From: Bigelowiella natans CCMP2755 | Taxonomy: Eukaryota; Protista; Cercozoa | Direction: 5' to 3' | DNA length: 64,000 nt | Assembly: GCA_000320545.1 (NCBI GenBank) | Contig: ADNK01000503.1 | Coordinates: forward strand, 1-64,000 | In this document: positions 54,301 to 64,000 of the stretch, one piece after another | Numbering within the stretch: the first letter of the stretch is position 1 | Layout: every line of letters begins with the position of its first letter | Made by a program: the position numbers and the translations under genes | The notes under the pieces: generated by a model | Database searches by the model: none | Told to the model about the DNA's origin: nothing | Seen by the model: the letters and a program-made list of their open reading frames with translations, nothing else

Positions 54301-57147
54301 GCTGAACGGCAGGTGAGAGGGGCACCAACGTTCCTTACAGCTTCCTTTCTCCTCTTCTTCACCAGAATTTGGGAGAATACTTCTACTGGTCGGTATGTAC
54401 CAGCAAAACTCCCACGTTTCGAGTTCGGTAAAAGCTACCTTGGTTTCCAGAAGTGGACGACAACTTGCAGCAATCGAGAGACCCTGACAAACTCACGAAG
54501 ATCCATGCGAAATCCCATTCTGGAAACCCATTCTCTGGACAGAAAATTAGATAGGAATTACTATAGGTTGGGAAAGTATCGAAAGGCCAGTGAGGGAATG
54601 CAAGGTGGGGGTGAGACGCCTCATCTTCCTTTTGACGGCAACAGTGGTCCTAACGGAACTATCTCCGGCGGAAATAGTGAGGTTAACGGTGGAAATGAAG
54701 AAGTAAATGATATGGAAGCGCAATCCGAAAAACGTTTTGAAGAAATGAAGGAGCTCCTGGGTGCGAGGTTCGTCGAATACTTCGAAAAGGTTAAACTTTT
54801 TGCAAACGTTTAATAAAATGCCGGCTGAGTTGTACCACGTACTTAGGAGTACGGAAAGCATAGAACAGTCTCAATACTGGACGCAATGTCCAAGGTATCA
54901 CATTTTTGACAGTACGAAGTATCACAGCTAATCCTCAATGTTTGCAGAATGTACAACACGTCGCTTTGATTAATACTTTTCATTCTGAAAGTGCTCCAAA
55001 TATCCCGTCCTACAAGTAAGACTTATTAGCGCTAATGAAAGGGAAAGGGAGAAAGGGGAGAGTAAGGAATGAGGAAGTGAGACTGAGATCACGAGGGGAA
55101 TCATGAAGGCTAAAACGGCACATTTATGAATGATCCTTTGTATTCACAGTGTCACAGTCAATCTCTGCCAAAGTTCGCCAATTACTGTATACTCGCGCAA
55201 TACTACAAAATATGGTGGTGCTATTTATTGTGATATTGTGATATGAAAGTTGGGTGGTTGATAGATTATATTACAGAAAGCGAGTCGAGGTATCATGCTC
55301 CACCAGAAGAGGATCTTGATACGGGATTGCTCCCGTAAGCTCATTATTACGACAATTTCCCCACACCGACCGATACTGTATGGGTAGGTACTACTGGCTC
55401 GATAAAGCATCGTTGATGCCACCACTTACGCTCGCACCACAAAATGGTACATCGAGAAAATGAAACTTGTGGATGATAATAATCATAATACTGATTCCGT
55501 AACCACTACATGTAGCACATCGAGTGCTGGACATGTGTTCTGCACCTGGAGGTAAAACAGTAAATGCGCCTGCTGTGTTGTGTTGCATTAAGATTGGTGC
55601 CGCAGGTAAATCTCTAGTCTTATCGCTGCTTCTCTTTAACTCTACTGACGACGCTAAGGATTCAAACGCCATTCAACTTGTAGGAACATATCATGGTGTA
55701 TAGCTCATTTCTGACGCAAAGAACTTTTGATAGATATGCAATGAGAAATCGCAGCCCCGCCAAGCACGGTTGAACAGGGTCCTTTGGAAATATCTGCCAG
55801 AGCACATCATCACTCGCGTGCGTGTAACTGGCAGGGATGCAACGCGCTGGTCTGAACTTTCTACTAGTGTACCAAGTTCATGCAATGGATAAGATGAATT
55901 AATGTGTTTTGAAGGCACGAGACCAGTGTCTACGACCGTATCCTAGTGGATGTACCGTGTTCATCCGAAAGGTAAGAGTCCTTTTCATCCAGCACCATAC
56001 AATTTCGCATTGTTTCAAACGTAATGTGATACAATAAAGGCATCTTGTACATGAAGCTCTTAAGAGCAACTCAAACATCGATCCCAAGCAATGGTCTCCG
56101 TCGAGGTTATACTCTATCTTTACAGGGAATATTCAATTCGCTCTTAAGTTCAAGTGTAATGTTTAAAAGGTGCAAGAGGTATGCATCAATTCAAGTAGCT
56201 TTACTTCGCTCAGCTATAATGGCAGCGAAGACTGGGGCCCTGATTGTCTACAGGTAGCTTCTATCATTGCAATGATAGGGCTATCTCAGATGACCTTGCT
56301 TTGAATATGTTGCAGCACCTGCAGTATAGCTTCTGTGGAAAACGAAAAAGTATCTTATCATTTTACAATCGCTTAAGATCGAACCTAAAGGACTTGATGC
56401 AGGTGATTCGCCGAGTACTGAAGAAGGTCGGGTCACAAATTAAGGTAAAACAAAATCAGGCTTTAATGATTTCTAGCAGGTTTGATGATTTCTCATAGAG
56501 CAGCGTAACGTTTTTAATTCAAAGGTCGAAAAGGTGAGCGGATTTGTGAGTGAAGAACAGCTTAAAACTATGAAAGCGGAATATAGAGATCCAGGGTTGA
56601 AACCTTACTATTGCAACAATTACTCATTCAGCAAAATAAGGAAAGAAACGAAGTGCAATTTAAAAGGAATAGCATATAAAAGTGAAGCAATTATGAAAAA
56701 GCAGAAATAAAAAATTATGAAAATAATGATTTTTGGCACATCTACAATTAAAAGGTGGATTTTATTGCCTGACCGGGCTAAATGTGGACCTATTTACTGG
56801 GTAAAGGATTCATGACGACAAATTCGTCAATATCTACGACTTAACTACTACGTTGTGTGTGTTATTCTTAGCTTTTTCTAAGAATGTATGGTTACAAATA
56901 ATTAATTCATATTATCAGGTGGCCCTGCGAAAATGTTGATTGCTTGCAGTAGTACACATAAGTTTAACTAATCCTGAGGGAAATCACAGTAGAAATGGCT
57001 TATCTCAATGCCTTCGACAGCGAAGCGATATGTGTGAGTGTAATCTAGATATGCGTGACTGGGGTGGACGATGGGATATAAAGTCATGACAATTTTTTTA
57101 AGAAGGGATAAAATACCTGATACAAATCTAGCATGTACATCTTTCAC

Positions 57148-57199
57148 TACCATTCTAGCATTGAACAAATTTAATTTAATTCATACATCCGTCTTACAT
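57148..57199 (+). repeat. Partial spacer repeat
   Basis: CATT[CTAGCATT]GAACAAATTTAATTTAATTCATACATCCGTCTTACAT. Confidence 0.65.
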
Positions 57200-57653
57200 T
57201 TTTCACTACACATCTATACATGTGCAGCACGCACCGACATATAGCGAAAACCGCTAGACCGACCGCGTAGCAAGTAGCGCCACCGTATTATTATATAGTT
57301 ATCGTCGTGGGCGTGCAGACACATGCATGTACGCATCGCGAGCTTCACGCACACATTTATTACGCCTATGTACACCTATGCAAGCCTACAAGGAAATGTA
57401 TGGGTCCTTAATAGCTACATGCTAGCATGCTAATGAGTTAGGTGTCGCCCGCGTGCCGAAATGCATCAACCCAGCGTTGTGGTCACTGTTTTTGCGCTCA
57501 AAATGGTTACGAAACATGAACAAGCTAGTTCTGTAGGCAAATGTTTTTTAACCAAGTGAATGTCGTAAACTAGTAAAGTCAGTATAAATCACACTGAATT
57601 CGGGCAATTAAACATATTCAACGTATTGTTAAAGGAATATGTATTGAATCTCC

Positions 57654-59363
57654 CTACTCATCATCATCATCTTCCTCAGCTTCTTGCAGCCAGGTTACAA
57701 ATGGCTTCGCCGCCTTACGAACCTACCACATGAACAATATCAGAATATTATAATTTCTCGCATTAGTCTCCAGGAGAACCTCAATTGCTGTGTCGCGGGC
57801 TATAAGACTGGTTTCTAAAGGGGATTCAGCCCATTTCTGAGGAGTTGTAAAGATGTGTTACAAGTTGTTCTTTCAGCTTAATGATTGCTAAACTTACAAT
57901 GATATGTTCCTCCTCCAGGACATCTTCGTCGTATAATTTTTGCAGAATGATAGGAGTGCGAGGTAAAAGTTTCTTCTCGACAACTCCAACGAGCTCTTCG
58001 ATGCACAACAACATCAAATTTCCGGATTGCTCATTCGTTACAACCTGTTGAGGCGAATCGAATATCAGTACCATGAGGCAATATTCTAAATTCAAAGTAC
58101 CTGGCTATACATCTTCGCGTTCTTGACAAATTGATCAGGGACAGATTTTGGATCTGTCACCTCAATGGTAGACTCCAACAAGACCTTAAACTTCTCAGTT
58201 TCACTGAATCTAATTTTTCGAAGGGAAGCCGATTACAAAAATTGACATGGGTAGCATGGATAAATAAATCAATACCCTCGTGCGACTTGCAATCGTTTGA
58301 GCTCAGCTAGAATCCCACTAATGGTAGGTTCCTTTCTCTTCACATAATCACGAAGCACCAATACGGGAGAATCCTTCGATGATACTTTGCTCACGCTCTC
58401 TCTTCCTGCCATCATCTGAGAAAAGCATGTAAAAGCTGTGGATCAGTTGCGAATTCCATTATCGTTGAATCATAAATTGTTGAAATTTTCCACCGATGAT
58501 GTTTGATTTTAGATTTTGACCACAAGCAATATTAGATTTTTTGTCTAAGCTGCTAAACAGTATATATTACTACGCACTACTTTCTTAAACTCAGCCTTTT
58601 TCCGCTCCTCTACTGCCGCTTGAGAAGTATCAGTGAACCACTCAACGCTTTCCTCTTCCTGATTACTAGCTTTATTTGATTCTCTTTTGTTGGCGGTAGA
58701 CTTTTGGTTCCTTCTCAGCTGGCGGTCTTTCTTCGAACCTTTTCCCTTCTTTCCCTTCTGGGCCGCTCGCTGTTTGAGGATGTAGGTAAGCAGTTTGTGG
58801 CTTGTGTTTATAGTTCCATTGTGTCCACACGCAGCACAATCTATTTTGATTCCATCTCTTTTTATGTTCCACTTTATCTCCGGGAGTCTACATACGTGTT
58901 GTAGTGAGTTTGACACGCATTATCACCAATAAATTATATTCTGAAGGTCAAGAAGAGCTAAATTATCATGTACTAAGCATCAAAACAAATATCAAATACC
59001 CGCATCGAGGACACAATATGAAAAGCTGGATATATTTTGTGAGTATTTTCTGCAAATCCGGAGCGTTGTGGGCGCCGTTGACGCTAGCACGCTCTGTCTT
59101 GGAGTCATACTTGGACTGAGCACCAAGTTCAATTCCGAAGAATTTCGTTGTATCTGACAATATAACCACATGTTCATCCCAGGGAACAATCGATTTATTC
59201 TTAGTGTCGTACATGCTGGAGGACAGTTGAGGGCCTTGGCCACATCTGACATGTTAGTCACAATCGTTCGAATCCCGTTTCCACGGCCCTCGATCTTGGC
59301 ATGCAGTTTGGGCATTTTATAACGGTACGAAACATCCGATTCGTCTCCACCAATGTTTAACAT
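57654..59363 (-). CDS. eIF5: Eukaryotic translation initiation factor 5
   Basis: MLNIGGDESDVSYRYKMPKLHAKIEGRGNGIRT, KFFGIELGAQ, CPRCG/LPE..DCAACG zinc ribbon, W2 domain LYDEDVLEEEHI, AKPFVTWLQEAEEDDDDE*. Confidence 0.96.
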
Positions 59364-59694
59364 GATGACTCGTGCTTCTTTCTGTGCTTTGTTTCAAGGG
59401 GGTGAGAAGTAATTGCGGGAGAAAGGAACCTTAAGCTTAAATTGTTCTATTGCGACATCATATGATAATAGTCGCATATATAAAATATCATGGTATGCTG
59501 TAATAAGAGCCGGAATATGCGGGTTACGGCGAAAAGCAAATTTCAGTCCAAAAGATATGTCAATGTGATATTTGAAGAATGCTTGTACGACTAGTTTCCG
59601 TATTTTTGGCATATATGAGTAGTCGTATAAAAAATTAATATTTCTTCTCAGTATCTGCGCTACATCCTTGTATGAAAGATTTTGCTTGTTTTCT

Positions 59695-59907
59695 TCAGTC
59701 CCGGTAGTAATGCGATTTGATTGGGATGCATGGGAACTCGCCGCATGAACAGCCGACGGGAGCAATTTTCGAAATACTCTGATACCCAGGGAATTTCTTC
59801 CTGACGACAACAATGTAATAGCGTGGATTGTGAACCAAACGCAGCTGATCGTGATTACAACGCCGAGCGAACACAGATCCTTCCCCCCCTTGTCCTTCGA
59901 AAGACAC
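59695..59907 (-). promoter_or_regulatory. Putative conserved-peptide uORF in the eIF5 5' leader, GUG-initiated
   Basis: 70 codons: (M)SFEGQGGEGSVF...APVGCSCGEFPCIP...*. It resembles eIF5 uORF peptides as I recall them (MS[I/F]E start; PVG..CG.PC[L/I]P near the end). Confidence 0.6.
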
Positions 59908-61199
59908 AGGTGAATCAATGGTGAACTTGTAGATGTGAATGTGATTCCATTGAGGATGATTAGCAGGGGGATGTGGGGAGGGGTTAGGAGTAGAGCAGAT
60001 AGCCTAGACCCAGGGTTCCGAACAGTGCACGCGTTTTAAACGAATTGCGAAACAAAGTCGAATTGATGGAAGATAATATTCTTGAATGAACTTATCTAAT
60101 TCCCGACTTAATTCCCACCACAAATGGGGATGAGGTGTCGTCTATACAGCCTACTACGACTAATACTACTCTACTACATGTAACACACATTGTTTGCTGC
60201 CATGTCGTTAGTATGTGCCACTTTAAAACGATTCGAACTACCCTATTTACGAGAGACGAATAGCAAAAGATTTTCAGGATTTGAAGATTTAAACCCACCA
60301 CCATTGAAATTGCTACAATCCGATTAGGACCCTCACTCCCGCGGGAATAGAACCAGGAATGCCTACCCACAGGGATACAGACTATGTATCATTTCGCGTT
60401 GATCGAGCCAAATTTGAAGTTTTCACGCTCCCCACAGAAGCTGCAAAATATAAGTTAAAAAAGGTAATTGATTAAGTGTGCATGAGAACGAAAGTTTTCA
60501 TCAGAGTGCTATCGATTATATGTGCATTAATTCATCTGCTCATGGAACACTTACCCAATATAGGGGAAAGATGTAAAAGCGCTATCGATTCTAGCAGATA
60601 ACACGATCTACAGTAACATTAAATCAAAGCGGCAGGCCAAAAGCGAGGATCTAGAGAAATATTTTGGTAATTGTAAAATGAACTGTGAAATCTCTGGAAT
60701 ATGACGAACGTCCCATTTTCAATTTTGAACGTGTGACAGGTACAACGGATAGGGAAGTCATTGTCAATAAAATTCTGCTCAATGGCAAATTGAAGGTTAG
60801 AGGGAAAAATAACCCCGATATGAAATGGAAGAGGAAGTTAGACAACGCAAATCGAAACCGAATTTGTGGGTGTGAAAGAGTTCTTTCTTACTGATCGTTT
60901 ACCTTGCAACTCCTGTAGTGTGTCCGACCTCTCTTAACCCTGTCAAATCTTGTGAATAGGTGAAGGTTTACGTCGCACAACCGATAACGGAAATACTCCT
61001 AGATCTTGTCTTTGGTACTTGATGCAACATAATCGCGATGATAAATCACAAACGACATGATAGTGGTCATTTTATATGTACCAAAATCATGCCCATATTA
61101 CAATGCAATTCGATTAATTTTTTTTATGAATATTATTATTTTCATACCTTTGGGCCACCGGACCCTCAGCACTAATTCACAGTAGATGCAATAACACTA

Positions 61200-62832
61200 A
61201 GTTTGATGTTGTGTCAGTTTGTGAAATTGTCGGGGCTTTCTATGTGCTTCTGAGATCGGGCACACTGCGTCATTTTCTTGTCCTCGTAAGAAGCTTTTCG
61301 ATTCCTTTCTCGCGTAAGTTTTCTTTTATTTCGTATTTTCATTTATTTGTTTTGTTGCAGTGCTTTATCGTAGCGGCATTGGTCATGATTTGCATGAATC
61401 TTTCCCGGACAGTCGGAAGGTAATTAGTATCAATTTTCTTCACACCAGTTGATAACAACAAAGTCTTCCAGTAACGTAATATGGAGGATAGAGGTGTGTT
61501 TGTCCGTAAAGATAAAGGATATCAAAGGCTACCCCCTCGTCTTTAATGTTTTATGTAATTTTCTTGTAGAAGTAACTCACTGAAATTTCATTTAGTGGGT
61601 AGAATCAAAGATCTAAGTATTAATTTTGATATATCTAAATGCATATTTTTTTTCAGATTTTTGAGCACCCGTTTATTAGCAGGGAAACCTTTCAATGACC
61701 CTCTGCAATCGTAATTCCCTCTACTCACCATGCTATTTATTAGAAAGCATATGGGATGATGCCTCTCTGCGCTACGCAACAAACAACATTAGTATTCAGA
61801 AATTTGCAGAATTGTACATTCAGCACGGGCACTTGCTTTAGTTGTCACATGGTGGGCGGGTGTACATCGTGGCAATATACAATTCTTTGCTGTCTTCCCT
61901 TGCCTTTTTAAGTGCTGAGTGATGTTGTGACTCTTGCTTCATCCAAAAGACTGATGATCTTCTTTGCGCCCAACCTTCCTATTCACCACACGGCAGAGAC
62001 ACGAACTTGCGGCAATTCGAGTCACAGGTACTGCTAATACTAATTGTTGTTCAGTGTGAGCAAAAAGTGAGTCCTATGGGGAACACTATGACAAGAATTT
62101 TAGTCAACCACACTGGCAGCAGTTGGCTGGAAATATCAATTCAAGCTCCCCCCCTCCGCAACGCTCTGTCTCTCATTCTTCTTCTCAATGTTCTCTCTTC
62201 TCGCGTAGATTTGGCAGCTCGTGATACACAGCTCAATGTCAGCCATAGGGATGTGGGCGTACAGTGTACGTATTAATGACTGTGAGTGTTAATATGTACA
62301 TGAAAGAAGTAGTATTTATCTTTTCTCGGTAACGTGATCAACTTCTTGGTTTTCTTTGTTGTGATTGTTCTTTGCAATTTTGGGAATGGTTCATTGACGT
62401 CAAATATATCATCATCACTATCAGCCAACGTTGTAGTTATCACCAACAACCTGCTGCTTCTTGTCACTTACAGAAAGGGCCGGATTTCATGAATTACCCT
62501 TCCTTGTACGTGAATGCGGAGCAATTAGAAGGAAAACCTATATCGGTGAGTGGGGGGGGGGATAAGTTAGTATTAGTCGGTAGCAGTAACAACATCATTC
62601 TCTTCATACAGCTTTTCACAAAAACTAATTGCAGGCTGCCGTGGAGTGGCTTTATGTGATACAGCTGGCTGTATGGTTTGTCACGCTCATATCCTTAAGA
62701 TTCTTCGAAGTAATAATGATCTAGATTAACAATAGAGTGAAAGAAAAAGTCGAATGATTTCATATAACGATCTCATCGTGTGTTGCATGGAATATAAAGA
62801 TTTCCTGTACTCAATGGCAATAACCTTCCGAA

Positions 62833-62880
<48 letters not shown>

Positions 62881-64000
62881 TAACAGGTTCGGGCGGCCGA
62901 TCATCACGTGATGTATTCACATCATGTCACGACAATTGCTGTCGTTCTTGTCAGCTATGGTATTTTTATATTGTAAAATGAATATAGCAACAAAGTGAGA
63001 TAGAGGATGGTGATGATGTTGGTGTGCGGATCAGGATTTGGACGCTATGGGAACTTTGGTTTGGTCGTATTTTTGCTCCATGACATCTCCGATGTTCCCC
63101 TGGTGAGAGAAAAAATAGAAGAGAAGAAGAAAGAGAGAGGGAGAAAGAGTCGCTAGTAATTTTGGAGAAGGGAGAAGGATGATTCAAATTGATTGTCAGG
63201 GCTAGTATGCATGGTAGAATTATATGCATAAGTGATAGCGAAAATCGGCACTGTTGCAGCTAATTAAATATGCTCATCTTCATCTCCATATTTCTCATCT
63301 AAACTGTAAAATTGTACCATAATCAACACACAGGACGTAATGAAGTTGGTCAATCTTCTTCACCTCCAAGGCCCACCGACCTATCTTGCTGAGGCATCAT
63401 ACGTGGCAAATATGTTTATCTGGTGATAACTACATGCATCGAAAAATTGAAGGAAAATAATGAAATAATTAAGGTTGCAAGCTGCTTCCTCTTTTCTTTC
63501 TCTTTTCAAGCTTTTGGTTTATCGCAGTATCAGAGTAATCTCAGTGATGGCTTTTCTTCTGATTCTAAGATAATTGAGATCCATCAAAGCTGAATTTACT
63601 TTCGTGTTTGTGTTTATCAGGCTTTTTAGTCGTGTGTACCTATTCCCGGTATACGTGATCTATTATGGAGTGTGGGGTGCTATGTACTTAGAAAAGTCGC
63701 CGAGGGGGAACCCATACTGGTTTGTACATTTATGTGCTGCTGCTGCTGCTGCTGCTGCTGTTGTTGTGCCTTTGTCGAATGAAGTAAATAAGAGACATCT
63801 GGGTCCGATTTGATGTAGCGATATGTACTCCCATATAGCATTTAGGGATGATTGTTCAAAGGAAAGTAGGCATTATTGAGGGAGGGGAGGATGCAGGGTG
63901 TGCCAGCGATGATGTTCGCGATCATCGCACTGGTTTATTCCCAAAATAGCAGTAGGGCCTTATTACATCCATCATTATTAAGGTGCGAGAAAATGAAGCC
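61200..64000 (-). other. Possible 3' part of a multi-exon hypothetical gene
   Basis: Exon-like pieces ADSDDDIFDVNEPFPKLQRTITTKKTKKL and MKQESQHHSALKKAREDSKELYIA lie between microsatellite-bearing intron-like sequence. No coherent gene model was built. Confidence 0.3.

Noticed and set aside
55225-56700. Short exon-like ORFs on both strands
   Set aside because: No consistent spliced model or homology was found, so the region is left unannotated.
59445-59630. Small hairpins in the eIF5 leader/intron
   Set aside because: Single copy, no covariation, and no convincing boxes or target.

Overview
Eukaryotic nuclear DNA: gene-dense and very intron-rich (mostly GT-AG, some GC-AG), with microsatellite-filled introns. 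An organellar enzyme with a bipartite signal-plus-transit presequence fits an alga with a secondary plastid, such as a chlorarachniophyte (inference only). Loci in order: hypothetical multi-exon gene (+), MAM33/p32-like mitochondrial protein (-), Zn2Cys6 transcription factor (+), methionyl-tRNA formyltransferase (-), CBS-domain protein (+), large hypothetical gene (-), vWA-like/RBR E3 ligase (+), GH20 beta-hexosaminidase (-), DDT/WHIM chromatin protein (+), C2H2 zinc-finger protein (-), divergent alpha-tubulin (+), DOT1-like methyltransferase (-), truncated E2 fragment (+), eIF5 (-). Main unexplained signals: (1) tail-to-tail spacers contain at least 27 exact 'NNNN-CTAG-NNNN' scars (a 4-bp duplication around CTAG, plus a TATA class); three scars (two CTAG, one TATA) are insertions relative to homologous repeat copies. 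(2) A ~55-100 bp dispersed repeat occurs only in those spacers. (3) One intron holds three covarying single hairpins ending in an AGA box, resembling single-hairpin H/ACA guide RNAs. (4) A GUG-initiated uORF resembling conserved eIF5 uORF peptides lies upstream of eIF5. (5) Fourteen loci alternate strand strictly. Gene boundaries were assembled by eye and are approximate.
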